Made by a program: the position numbers and the translations under genes. From assembly GCF_001194135.2 (NCBI RefSeq), contig NC_068985.1, positions 40,316,646-40,380,645 on the forward strand: DNA of 64,000 nucleotides. Direction: 5' to 3'. The DNA is from Octopus bimaculoides. Lineage: Eukaryota. The notes under the pieces were generated by a model. That model saw only the letters and a list, made by a program, of their open reading frames with translations, did not search any database and was not told where the DNA came from. Shown in pieces: positions 24,271 to 36,719 of the stretch; within the stretch, counting starts at the first letter, position 1, and each line of letters starts with the position of its first letter.

Positions 24271-24870
24271 ATACCATCATCGTCATCATCATCATTGTCA
24301 TCTAACATCTGCTTTCCATGCTGCCACAAGTTGAACAGTTTGACTGAGAACTGGCAAGCTAGAAAGCTGCACTAGACTCCAATCTGATTTGGCAAGGTTT
24401 CTACAGCTGGATACCCTTCCTAATGCCAACCACTCTGAGAGTGTAGTGCATGCTTTTTACATGCTACTGGCATGGGTGCTAGTCAGGCAGCACTGGCATC
24501 AGCCATACTCAAGTGGTGCTTTTTATGTGCCACCAGTACGGGTACCAGTCAGGTGGAACTGGCATTGGCCGTGCTCGAATGGTGCTTTTTAAATGTCAAT
24601 GGTACAGGTGCCAGTTGGGCAGCACTGGTATCAGCCCCTCACAAATGGTGCTTTTTTTACATGCAGTAACTATGATTTCACTCAGTTCAACATGTCTTTA
24701 CAAGCACGCCATATCACCCAACGATTGACGGGTGCTTTCAAACAGCCCAGTTAAGCGACACTGGCAATGGCTATGACTACGATCTCACTTGGCTTGGTGG
24801 GTTTTCTCAAGCACGGCATATCTCCAAAGGTCTCGGTTGCTTGTCACTGCCTCTGTGAGGTCCAGCGTTC
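24271..24870 (-). mobile_element. RTE LINE 3' end with long 3' UTR
   Basis: Minus strand reads LDLTEAVTSNRDLWRYAVLEKTHQAK* (RTE C-terminus), then a UTR with a 66-bp array, ending ggaaagcagatgttaga plus a (GAT)n tail. Confidence 0.85.
24451..24662. repeat. 66-bp tandem array (3+ units) inside the RTE 3' UTR
   Basis: The unit anchor tgcttttta recurs at 24451, 24517, 24583 and 24649. Confidence 0.9.
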
Positions 24871-24884
24871 AATATATATATATA

Positions 24885-25080
24885 TCATTGTTTAATGTCT
24901 GCCTTCCATGTTGGCATGGGTAGGATGGTTTGACAGGAGCTGGCCAGGCAGAAGACTACTCCAGACTTCTGTGTCTGTCATGGCATGGTTTTTACAGCTG
25001 GATGGCCTTCCTAACACCAACCACCCCCATAGAGTGGATTGGATGCTTTTTACACGGCACCAGCACTGTCAGGGTCATCA
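24885..25080 (-). mobile_element. RTE LINE 3' tail
   Basis: tttaatgtctgccttccatgttggcatggg...cagctggatggccttcctaacaccaacc. Confidence 0.8.
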
Positions 25081-25678
25081 AATAACATGCAAGACAAGGA
25101 ATTTTTAAGAGGGGAGGGGAAATTGGAGGAGGTGATCTTGTATCAGATGGTGAAAGTTTAGAGTGTGACTGAGAGAGACAGAAAACAGGTGTCTTGCTGT
25201 AGAGGAGGTACATGGTTACCTGGGGAGAGAGAGAGAGAGAGAGTAACAGAGAAAGAGATGTTTGGCTTCTGATGCACAGTGGGAATGAACCTAGAAACAT
25301 GATTGCAGAGTAAATTTAATTAACCACACATCCATGCTAGCATCTTTGTAAACATACAATCTTAGATTTAATTGCAAATTAAAATTTAATTGTTGCTTAA
25401 ACAAATAGAATATTTTTTAAAATCATTTCATTCTATTATTATATAAAAAAAATTAGATATATATATAAACATTACATTACCAAAATTCATTCGGTTATTG
25501 GTTTTGTATACACCTCCATTAGACAATAAACTTCTGAAATAAAAAGAAAACAGAGTAAATAAAAGGGAATCACTTTAAGAATATGGAAAAAAAAAATCTA
25601 TAACTATGTCTTGTTTTTAATAATCACAAGACAAAAATAAACTTAATTTGCTCCCACCTTCACTGGGCCATGGATTAC

Positions 25679-25764
25679 CTTTAATTAATAGAGTTTGCAC
25701 TGTCAGAACAAGTTTACAGTTTAAAAATAATTTCTTCCTTTTCTCCCCATTAATCTCAGAGTCC
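25679..25764 (-). CDS. Candidate exon (86 nt, phase 2-1): DSEINGEKRKKLFLNCKLVLTVQTLLIK
   Basis: Acceptor gacttttttctttttgcag|, donor AAAG|gtaatc, single open frame, phase-compatible with 16213. Confidence 0.35.
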
Positions 25765-25856
25765 CTGCAAAAAGAAAAAAGTCACAAACCTCCCAAGCCT
25801 TTGCTGACTTAGACATAAAGAAATGAAAGTAAATTAAACTGATTTTAATTTATCAT

Positions 25857-25900
<44 letters not shown>

Positions 25901-26397
25901 AACACAAATGTAAAATACAAAAACAAAGGTCCAGTCTGTCCATGGGACAAGGGTTCACCTGTTTTCTTTATTTCTGTGTTAAGTTAAAATAACCTGTTGA
26001 TGTATCTCTTCAATAATTAAGTTTTGTGGGCACATAACATGTTCACAACCTCTGATGTACAGAAGCAAAGAATTTAAAAGATATCAAAAAATGACTTTGA
26101 GGTGAAAAAAATTCAAGCAAGCATTGGTCGGTTCAACTAGTCAGTGGCAGTAATTCTTTCCTTATGTGTTCCACATGGCACAACAGACAGGAGATTGGTG
26201 TCAGTTAGTTGGGACTCCAAAATGACAATTCAATGACAGTTGCTACTACACAGAGAGAAATAACCAGATTGGTGATGCCACTCTACCATCCAATAGCATC
26301 ATAAAACACTACATGGGTATAACAGCCTATGATTTCAAGGGAAGATTTACGCAACGCACACACACTGCTTCAGGGACAGAGAAAACTCTACCACCAC

Positions 26398-26627
26398 GGC
26401 GAGCTGGCAGAAACGTTAGCACACCGGACGAAATGCTTAGCGGTATTTCATTTGCCACTATGTTCCGAGTTCAAATTCCGTCGAGGTCGACTTAGCCTTT
26501 CATCCTTTCGGGGTCAATTAAATAAGTACCAGTTACGCACTGGCGTCGATGTAATCGACTTAATCCCTTTGTCTGTCCTTGTTCGTCCCCTCTTATGTTT
26601 AGCCCCTTGTGGGCAATAAATAAATAA
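26398..26627 (+). mobile_element. Nin/Deu-domain SINE, best-preserved copy
   Basis: ggcgagctggcagaaacgttagc...gagttcaaattccgtcgaggtcgacttagcctttcatcctttcggggtc...; CpGs retained; aataaataaata tail. Confidence 0.9.
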
Positions 26628-26707
26628 GAGAACTCTCCCACCACCCCCATCCAGAAATTAGTTCCCCAGTAGTGCAAGGAGCATCCTTGAAAGGGCTGGC
26701 TTCTTAC

Positions 26708-26737
26708 ATGGAGTTCACAATCGCTAACTCTGCTTCC
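26708..26737 (-). CDS. Candidate 30-nt micro-exon (EAELAIVNS or GSRVSDCELH)
   Basis: Acceptor atgtactttctcag|, donor CAT|gtaaga; the phase 2-2 reading joins 25764 in frame. Confidence 0.25.
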
Positions 26738-27176
26738 CTGAGAAAGTACATACATTTTAGCAGCTTGCAGTATCCATCAATTGGAAAAAAACAAATGTAT
26801 TCTGTTGTTGTCACCAAAGATACACCCTATTCATGAACTTTAAACACTGACAATCTGAAAATAAAACCCAAGGCTAACTGAATCAAAAGTATATAATGCC
26901 TGTTGCTACTATCATAGTGGCCTACTATCATTCAGCTGCATTAAAATCATACAGCCATGCTCAACACCATCAAACTGATTTTCTCCACAAAAATGTCATT
27001 CCACACAAAATGCCAACTAACAGACACCAACATCCTATCTGCTCTACAATGAGGATCATATAATGAATGAATTGCTGTCACGAACTAGCTGAAGTATCTA
27101 AGTGACCTAAACTGATCAATGGAGGCCTAAATATTTTAACCTAGAGGCCATTATAAAACCTCTTTTAAATTCACAG

Positions 27177-27214
27177 AAGTGTTATGCACTCATGAAACTT
27201 CAAGTAATGTGAAG
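27177..27214 (+). CDS. Candidate 38-nt exon (E)VLCTHETSSNVK
   Basis: Acceptor cttttaaattcacag|, consensus donor AAG|gtgagt. Confidence 0.2.
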
Positions 27215-27344
27215 GTGAGTCAACCTGTTATTAAATGCAATTTCAAAGTAAGTAAGTGAGTGTGTCTGTGTGTGTGTGTGTGTGTGTTAAGTATTAACTA
27301 TTGGAAAGAAGAGTACTCAATACCATGGTATTTTATTTTGGCCA

Positions 27345-27932
27345 AGTCAGCCTCTTTCTACTCTGAGTTTCACCTGTAGATACACAAAACCTTCAGACAT
27401 TCTGTGACTTGACATCTTGCTCAACTATCATTTATATTTTTCATTCATTACCTCTAATATTTATCATCTGCTGATTCCAAATTGTATACTTGAAACATTT
27501 GTTCCCTCTTCTTTTTCTTTTATCATTTCTTCTTTTTTCTTTTCCTATTTCTTCTTTTTTCCTTTCCTCTCTATTCTTCCTCTTTTTTATTCTTTCCCAT
27601 TTTTTTTCCTTTCCTTTTACCTAGTCTTTCTTTTGCTCTCCTTTTTCTTCTTTCCCTCTTCTCCATCCTCCTCTTCATTTTACCCGCCTTTATTTTTATT
27701 TTTATTTTCCTTCTATTACTCTCCTTTTTTTCCCCTCCTCTTTTTCTACTACCTTTCTTCCCTTCAATTTTCCTCATTTTTACCTCTTTATCATACTTTT
27801 TTCCCTAACTATCACACCCTTTGACTAGAAAACTTTAACTATATATATGCAAACCCCTCAATTTTCCAGTCACTACTTGTCTTAAGATCCTGTGTGCCTA
27901 CAGCTGAAACTCAGAGTAGCAAGAGGCTGACT
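27345..27932. repeat. Foldback: 55-bp inverted arms around a ~480-bp T/C-rich core
   Basis: Arms 27345-27399 and 27878-27932; the outer 35 bp differ at 2 positions. Confidence 0.85.
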
Positions 27933-28580
27933 CAACTAAAATAAAATATATAAAATACACACATGCATATAAGCACACGCACACATATATTTCTTTAGTT
28001 GTACTTGTTTGGCAAGTAATTTAATCAAAAATCATGTGTTGGAACTAAAACAACTGCATCATCATAGAGCTATTGTAGCTATTAAAAAACTTATATTCAC
28101 TTTTACTTTTGTATACATACCTAATAACAAACCTATTGCAAAATAATAATACAGTAGGCTAGAATAAATAGTATATTTAGTAAGTATAGTGACAACTATG
28201 ATGTAATTGTTCTAGATATCATTTGTTTGATTTATGTCTGCATTTACATGCTGGCAATGGATTGGAAGTTACATCCAGATGCCCTTCCAGATGCCAATTC
28301 TTATCTATTTTCTATTATCATTATTTCTATTATCATTGGTCTTCACAAGCACTGAGCTGTTACAGGACATATTGTTTACAGGGAATATAAATATATCACG
28401 ATCATATTTGCTCAAATGGTGTTATGCAAGAAAACACAGAATGTAAACATTCACATACACACACACACACACACACATACTATTACTCAGCCTAAGCCTA
28501 NNNNNNNNNNNNNNNNNNNNNNNNNNNNNNNNNNNNNNNNNNNNNNNNNNNNNNNNNNNNNNNNNNNNNNNNNNNNNNNN

Positions 28581-28641
<61 letters not shown>

Positions 28642-29949
28642 TCCCTAAAAATATTCTGAAGCACAAATGTGGATAGATAGTCATTTGCTTAAGATTTTAA
28701 GATCAAGGTTATGTATCATCAGTAAACGCCTTACTGAGCTTTCTATCACCTTCCAAAAGGAAAAAAATTTTTTAAAGAAACTGGTACCTATTTTCCACAT
28801 CTCACTGAACTGAAACAATGTAAAAAAAAAATAGGAAATGCCGGCTGTGGATTTAAACGTATGATCTGCAAGCAAGTAGTCTGATTCTTGATCCACATTG
28901 CCTCTACCCCTGCAATTCATTGGTAATTATTTTATCTGCCATGGCTGGATGAGAGACAGTTAGCAACCAGTAGGACTTTAAGCCAAAATATTGAAGTACA
29001 TAATTAGATTAGATACAAGCATAGCACAAAACCCCTGAGACAAATGAATTCAGCACACAGAAAAAAACCCCAGAGATGTGATGGCATAACTAGGTTTCAA
29101 TCAACACCAACTCCACCAGCTCAATTTCTGTTACATGCTGGTGATGAAGTGACTTATTAAATAAAACAGATGATACCTTAGGGATGGCAAGAGCTTTCAT
29201 TCATACCAAATATTCTAACAAAAAAGCCACTAAATACCCTTTCCAGATTATGTATGAACCTACATACACTCTTCCATCTGCCATTCACCACCATCACTAC
29301 TCACCAATCCTACAGAATCTACATCTGACAGTAGTTACATGGAATTAACTTCTAAAGTTCAGATAATTGATAAAAATATTTCAGAAAAAACTGATAAAAC
29401 AGGATTACTAACAACATTTTTTTAATTTCATTTTATTTAAAGAGGGTGAGTTGGGTTTAAAAAGGAAAAAAATAAACAAGAACAGAGAGAGAAGGAAAAG
29501 GAGGAAATACTTTATTTCTTTTTTCAAAAACATTTAATATTATTTAATAGGGAAGTGATGACGTCAAAACATGAGATCAGCCAACTACATAAATGCATTA
29601 CAGAATTTAATTATCATTATCGTTATTATTTATCTTATAATTACTAAGCATAGTAAATTAGCAGAATTGGTTGAGTGGTTGAAAAGATGCTTTGTGATGT
29701 TTCTTTTATTAACTGTACTCAAATCCTACCTTTCTAAGGTCAATAAAATATGTACCAGTTGAGTACTAGAGTTGATATAGTTCACTATCGCTAAGCTTGT
29801 AACCTTGTGTCTATGTTTTTGACAAATACATTAGTTAAGAAGTGATACTTGTCAGTGCGAGTAAAGTCAGAGACATGTGAGATTTTATAAAACTCTTGAT
29901 AGTTCTATCTACAACACTGCTATCTCTTGCAGTACATCACAAAATGAGT

Positions 29950-30900
29950 TGGCACTAGATCTGACTTCAGTGGGGAATTGATAACTTAGATCGGCCTAAT
30001 TTGTTAGACAGGATGGCAGTTCTAAGCCTAGCCAAATTCAATTTTATCTTCAGTAATTGGATCACTCAATGTACAGTGACATCTGTTTGGTGATCCAACT
30101 AAATGGCCACACGTTCAAAGCATTTTGCATCATATATTTAACTGGCCATCATTTCTGCATATTTTGGCACTGAAGTCACTGTTGCTGCAGAAGTTGGTCA
30201 CATTGCTCTTCTTCAAACAGGGACACAGGAAAGCTATGTCTGCATATGCAGACATCACTGTCTGTGATGGTGTTAGACACATCAGAAATTGGGTGGTCAG
30301 CACCAAACTAGAATACCAGGAAGTAACAGGTGCATACATTAACTAGGACAAGTTGGTAGGCTTGCAACTCAGCCTCTAGAGAGTCAGTCTACGTAGGATG
30401 ATGGTTTTTATCAACTGGACCCAGTAAAGGTTTTAGGTTTAAACCAAGCTTTCAATGAAGAAAAATTAGGAAGAAGTCATGAGCAGAATTTCGTTCAGAA
30501 TGGGTTGAGAAGCTGAAATATCAGCAGAGGAGTTTAATGTCTAAAATCATGTTAGTAGTGTACTACAACTTGACTGTAGTACCAATGTCCCAGAAAATAT
30601 TTGACCAGATTGGAGCATATATTCTTTCTTTTCATGTAGAAGGAGTGGTTCCATTAGTCACAAGGACTTTTCTGCCAACAACTTCACCTAGGAGTGTTTT
30701 CAGTTATGTTGTTGATAATGTGCAAGGTATGTGTTCAGAAATCTTACGCATCTGTGAGATTTCTGAAGGATGGTGATTGATGAACAGGTGTGGTCATTAT
30801 TCATGCAACACATATCTTTTTACAGATCACTTTTTGACTAAGCTTCATTCCTAGACAATGGACAATGCAGTCAGTGGAACTCAACATTCAACAAGAGAGT
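29950..30900 (+). mobile_element. L1/Tx1-clade LINE RT fragment (decayed)
   Basis: SMYSDICLVIQLNGHTFKAF, LHILALKSLL..KL, MSAYADITV (SAYADD motif) and YYNLTVVP...EGVVPLV. Confidence 0.8.
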
Positions 30901-31339
30901 AGTACAAGTATAAGTGATTATGGCCTTTTAAAAAAAAATCATCATTATTGTCAGCTTTTTACATAACACAGGCAAAGTTGACTTAGAGAGAATGCACTGT
31001 GATATTTGTTCTTGTTTTTACACTCCTTTTTCAAATCCTGTCTAACGCACTAATGATTCTTCCAAGCCAACAAAGAATTAGAGACTGGTGAGTATTGAAC
31101 CAAATACCTTACCCTAATTATTTTCATCTTTTTATGTTCTAAGTTGAAATCCTACCAGAATTGATTTTTGTACTTCAGGCTTCTAGAATTAATCAGACAA
31201 GTACCTGGTATAATATACTGGGATAAATTTGTTAATCTCTGCTAAGGTAGTACTGCAAGAATATTTAGCAATGAGATCACTATGTCTAATGTCGTGATTT
31301 GCTAGAATGTTACCTACGTCATAAAAAAAATCTGACCAA

Positions 31340-31690
31340 TCAAGACTTCACGTAGAACCAGCTCCAACAACATTTTCATCTTCTGCATGCTTCTTTCTGA
31401 GCCACACCACCACTATATATTCAGCACACCTTAGCTACGAACAACAGACAGTGACCCAAGTGCTGGAACAACTCAAAAGCAATGAACAGACAGCAAACAA
31501 GATTCACCAGAAGACAGTAGTACAACCAGCAGCTAACCACACTGAACAAACAGCATCAACAACACAAGGACCAGTTAACCCCTTGACTGTTGCTACAATC
31601 ACACCAATCCAGGAACAATAATCTTCAAACTCTCTCAATGTATTGTTGTTCATAGTTATGACATTGTTTTTTGTTTACAAAAAGAATAAA
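31340..31690 (+). mobile_element. Possible retroelement 3' terminal fragment
   Basis: C/A-rich block with TATATA, ccagaagacag...cagcagctaacc and a downstream AATAAA; assignment weak. Confidence 0.25.
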
Positions 31691-32510
31691 TATATTTTTT
31701 ATCTAAAAACTCAAACAGATATCAGTGTTTTTCTTCATAAGAGTAGCATAATGCCATACTAGGGACATTATTATAAACCCACTATTATGAGTTCAAACCC
31801 AACTAGCATCAGCTTTGCCTATTGTCTTTTGGTGGGGTTGATAAAATAACTGCCAAAAGATATTAGGCCGAATCAGTTTATTACACTCCATCTACTTTTA
31901 AAGAAATCAATATCTGTAAATTCATCATCATCATTTTAATGTCCATTTTTTTTATATTCACATGGGTCAGACAGAATTTGTTGAAGTAGATTTCCCTACA
32001 GCTGGATGCCCTTCCTGTTGTCAACCCTCAACTGTTTTCCAAGTAAGTTAAAACTTCTCCATAACCAGCCATGTTTTCATGGAAGATTCAAAACAAAGGA
32101 CACTATTTGCATGGAGGTGACATTTCTTTACAGATATTAAATGAGCTGAAAGCAAGGAGACAGTAACACACACATAAAAACACACACAGATGTGTGGGGG
32201 GGGGCGTGTGTGTGTGTGCGCGCGTGCGCACTTGTGTATATACTACATTTGGTGGTGTATAGGACAAACCCTACTCATTTCTTTTCAAAAAATCAAATCT
32301 AATGTTTCATCATACACCTTGTATCCCATCCATAATAGCCACATTAGACATAGCAATTTTTTGTTACAATTAAGAATAAAAAAATAGTACATCTTATACA
32401 GTGGCATACACACACACACACACATATATATGTATATATGCATATATATATATGTATGTGTATATATATATATATATATATCTGCATATATATATATATG
32501 NNNNNNNNNN

Positions 32511-32612
32511 AGCCTGGTGTTGCCATCCGGTTTCACCAGTCCTCAGTCAAATCGTCCAACCCATGCTAGCATGGAAAGCGGACATTAAACGATGATGATG
32601 ATGATGATGATG

Positions 32613-32625
<13 letters not shown>
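32511..32625 (+). mobile_element. RTE LINE 3' tail
   Basis: gtccaacccatgctagcatggaaagcggacattaaacgatgatgatg. Confidence 0.85.
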
Positions 32626-32643
<18 letters not shown>

Positions 32644-32654
32644 CACACACACAC

Positions 32655-32800
32655 ACAATAGGCTTCGTTTCAGTTTCCATCTCATATGGCTTTGGTCAAC
32701 AAGTGGCTATAAGTAGAAGACACCTGCCGAATGCACCATGCAGTGGGACTGAACCTGAAATCATGTAGTTGGGAAGCAAACTTCTTGCGACACAGCCATA
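32655..32800 (-). mobile_element. tRNA-derived SINE
   Basis: ggcttcgtttcagtttcc...agaagacacctgcc...gtgggactgaacc...gggaagcaaacttctt. Confidence 0.75.
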
Positions 32801-33132
32801 CTTGAACTTAACATAAAATGAGAGCATTTATTCTTCATTATTTTAAGATGGATGGGTGCAGCAAATAAACCAGTTGATGTTAATGCTTGTGAGTTAGGTA
32901 TGTTAAGCATAAATACACTTACAATAAACAACCAGTATGGTTGTTTAAACAATCTACACTTGAATTTGTAAATAGAATAAAATTTGCACTGACTTCACTC
33001 CTTTCAACATAATAAGCCTAGTGACAGTTGATCAACAAATAAAATGATTTAAAAAACCCCACAGAAGTTGATTCAGGCACCATCCTACTTGGACTCCTCA
33101 CTATTATTGTCATGGTTCTTAAGCCCCAAGTC

Positions 33133-33480
33133 AGGGTTGATTGGCTCATTGGTTAGAGTGTCAGGCTCAGAATCATGAGGTAGTAAGTTCAATTCCTGGA
33201 CCAAGCTGTGTGTTGTGTTCTTGAGCAAGACACTTTATTTCATGTTGCTCCAGTTCATTCCACTGTTGAAATGAGTTGCAACATCACTAGCGCCAAGCTG
33301 TACCGGCGTTTGCCTTTCCCTTGGATAATATCAGCGATGTGGAGATGGGAAGCTGGTATGTATCAGCAACTGCTACTCTTCCATAAACAATCTTGCCTGG
33401 ACTTGTACCTAGGAGGGTAACTTTCTAGGTGTAATTCCATAGTCATTCATGACCAAACAGGGTCTTTACCCTTTATAGTA
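33133..33480 (+). mobile_element. tRNA-derived SINE, second family
   Basis: A-box-like tggctcattggttagag, B-box-like gttcaattcc, and a ttgagcaagacacttta...tgctccagt central domain. Confidence 0.75.
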
Positions 33481-34847
33481 AAAGGCATTCCAACCCCCAT
33501 CTTCCTCCCATGCATTGTATGCCCAGGGTTACAATATTTAATATAGCCATTCCATTTTTTAAAATGGTACAGTTTAATATGAGGAAGATTTAGCTGCTAT
33601 TTTTAGCAGGTCAAGCAAACACTTAAAAACTCCCATGTTGACTTGGCTTTACAATCCTAAATTGACAAGGTGATTACAACTTTTTCAAATCCCAAGTAAC
33701 TAAAGAGTTTGGTGCTTGTTTCTGGTTTATATAATATTAAGTAGATGAGAAATTGATCTTTGACTCATGTTATGGAATGTTGAACTCACACAGGTAGATA
33801 TTTCTCATTAAGGAATTTTAACTCAGCTTTCTAACAAATCACTTGCTAATTCTAATCAGTACCATTGCATACAACACCAACCTGTTGACACTGAAGTTCC
33901 TATATACAACTAAGTTGACTGGATAGCTGAAAGTTAAGTGTCATGTCCCACAACACAATATAGTGTGAGATGATATGAACCAATCTTTCAGCTATATGTT
34001 TAGTAATCGATTGACTCAGTCATCCTTGTTCTCAACGTAAGTTTATAAAATACAGATTAATTACTAAAACACCTTTTAACTACTTATGTTAGTGAAGATC
34101 ATCACTGTTCTCTTTCAACTCTAGAGATTATCTATGGTTGTTTATTTAATAAGGATTGGTGTTTTTTATAAGCTAGTCAAAGAACAGGACAGTATCCATT
34201 ACCTTGGCAGGTTCATTCAACCAATTCGAACTGATGAAGATGATACCCAATCAGAACACTTTGTACTTATGAACATCTACAAAACACCAGTTTTATAAGA
34301 ATATCTTTTTTACTATATGTGTTGATATTTCCAAAACAGATTTTACTGTTCTTTTCTTCTCTTGCATTACACACAAATATGCTTGTATAAATGTCTATGG
34401 TTGTACATGCATGCACATTCATACTGTCCCTTGGGATGAGACATGTAGCTATTTATTATAATTACCCCCTCACCTATTCCCCACCTTTAATTATCTCACT
34501 TGTAAACCCTACACACACACACACAGCTTTGTCCCCATTCACTTCTCATACCTTGAGGTTTCCCATAGACACCTTATCACTGCTGTTTTCTCTCTTTCCA
34601 GTTCCACCCTAGTCACTCTGTAAAGTGGCTAGCATTAGGACAGACATCAGAGCATAGAAACCAGGCCAAATCAAATTTGGAACACAATGCAGCACTTAGA
34701 TCCATCAGATCCAGTGATACCATGCCAGCAAGAGATGATGACGATGACAAAGACAATTAGAAAGCCAATGATTATGATGATTAACTATGATTTCAAAACT
34801 AAGTAGAGGGAGAAAATCTCTGCTCAGGTAAGATGACTGTCACAATT

Positions 34848-35132
34848 AACATTCTAAAGAGATTTAATACCTATTTCTAATGATATATCACAAGTAACAT
34901 TTCCAAGAGATTTGGAATCTATCTCCAGTAATCAATCACAGGTGACATTTCCATGAACTCTGATACTTATTCTCAATGAATCCATTAAGGTAATGTTAAC
35001 AGATCTGGTACCTATCCTTAAGGATCTATTACAGATAATATTTCCAGGAAATATGGTATCTGCTGCCAGTAATTTTTAACAGGTATCATTCCAAAGAGAT
35101 TTGGTACCTATTCCCAATTAACCATCACTAAT
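34848..35132. repeat. Degenerate 48-bp minisatellite, 6 units (48,48,48,45,48,48)
   Basis: Consensus ~aacattYcMaagagatttggtacctatYYccaatRatcMatcacaggt. Confidence 0.85.
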
Positions 35133-36719
35133 AGCATTCAATGCGATAATTCATTCTAACAGCTAGTTGAACTGAAACAATGTACAATAAAGGGTTTTGT
35201 CAAGAAACACTTTTTTCCTGCAGCATATTTCAACTGATATCCTATAAGTAGATTTTCCAATGCAGTATGTCTTAAATCATCCAGTCTTTACAGTTGAATG
35301 AAATTACCCAATATATTTAATTATCTTAGATACTTGACTTATCAACTTTAGAAGGCTGAAAGGTAAAACAATCATAACAGAATTCAAATGTAGAAGTAGA
35401 GTGCACACACAAAACCAGATCTAGTTTGGCCCCCTAATGTTTGCACTGACTGACTTCCACTACATTTTAGCATATTTAATTACACGTGATATCTAAAGAA
35501 AAGTATAGCATGTGGTGTGTACATTAAATACGCCTGGAATGTTGTTTCATGTTAGGTGAAGCCTAAGAACATATCTAATGTAGATATTATAATTTTAAAA
35601 CAATACCAAACCTGCTCTGCCAGAGCAGTTCAAAATATGGAGGGAATCCAATGAGAAAGAACTTGAGCTGAAAGTGTTTAGATGATACAATACCCAGAAA
35701 CATGGATGGGGAGGGGTGTTGATGTTTTGATTCCAAATGGAAAAATTTATAAAATCAACACTGATATAATTTTCTAGTTTTTTGGTGTTGCTTTTTTTCT
35801 TAATTTCCTTGTTTTGGATTCATTTTATGATGGTAGTATTAATGGGATCAAATTTGGAAATTTGGGTATTTCACTTACTCTTAAAACAATTATTTATTTA
35901 GTCAAATGATCTCAATACCACTACAACTCAAATCTTAATTAACTTAGGATGTCTAAGACAATCCATGCATTGAGATTTGCTCAAGAGTATAGTCTAACTG
36001 TAGTAGTCATAAGCTTTAATTCATGATCCAAGAGTCACTAGACCTATACTTTAACCTTCCAACTAATGTCATACTATCAAATTTTTGATAGGTGCTGTAA
36101 CTTTAATAGGTAAACTTTGATGAATATAGACCACAATTCAACTTTAATTCCAAACTGAAACTGCTTGAGCATCACAACTACTATTGTATCCCTCCTAAAA
36201 TATACAGTCCATGTACTTTGTTAAAAAATATTCAGTATCCTTCTAGAGGTAAACCCTTTTGTACACACATTCAACATATGACACATGCATGTGCATTTTA
36301 TGACTAGCAGATAGGTATAAAACAAAAGAAACAGTGTGTTATAGGAATCATTAGGCAGTTGATATAATAATGTGCGCTGTAGGAATGGTAATGTTTGATA
36401 TGACCTACCATTTTGCAGAGTTGATGGTGTAATGTTAGTCCACACACATAATATAGAAATGTCGAGTAATCTTCAATTAGGATACTAATTCAATTTAAAA
36501 ATAAGAAAGTAAAGGGAAAATAAATATAACTACATCAGAGTATCATCCCTTTCATAACTCAAAAACTTCATGTTTAATAAAAGAATACTAACTGATATTC
36601 ACTAATTTCTTTTAGAACATGATAGAGATACAATTTGAAGTGGGGAAAGGTGATACAAAAAAATAATTTTATATCATCTTTAGTAATAAGGCAACAAATT
36701 TCACACCATAGATACACGC

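Noticed and set aside
24451-24662. CRISPR-like or tRNA-gene interpretation of regular repeats and SINE heads
   Set aside because: Eukaryotic DNA; the arrays have no unique spacers, and the tRNA-like heads run into SINE bodies without a full cloverleaf.
27417-27824. 135-aa F/L/S-rich ORF and its K/R-rich antisense
   Set aside because: Translation of a T/C low-complexity tract that lacks stop codons.
29551-29566. GGAAGTGA next to a perfect CRE (TGACGTCA)
   Set aside because: A single 8-mer is expected about once per 64 kb, and the spacing differs from the overlapping ETS-CRE motif.
30237-30256. Perfect 20-bp palindrome atgtctgcatatgcagacat
   Set aside because: Lies in the SAYAD motif of a decayed L1/Tx1 RT and does not extend; no evidence of function.
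34114-34287. Exon-like signals on both strands (plus RLSMVVYL...; minus with AAG|gtaatg)
   Set aside because: The minus candidate is closed in all frames from its best acceptor; the plus candidate has no donor.
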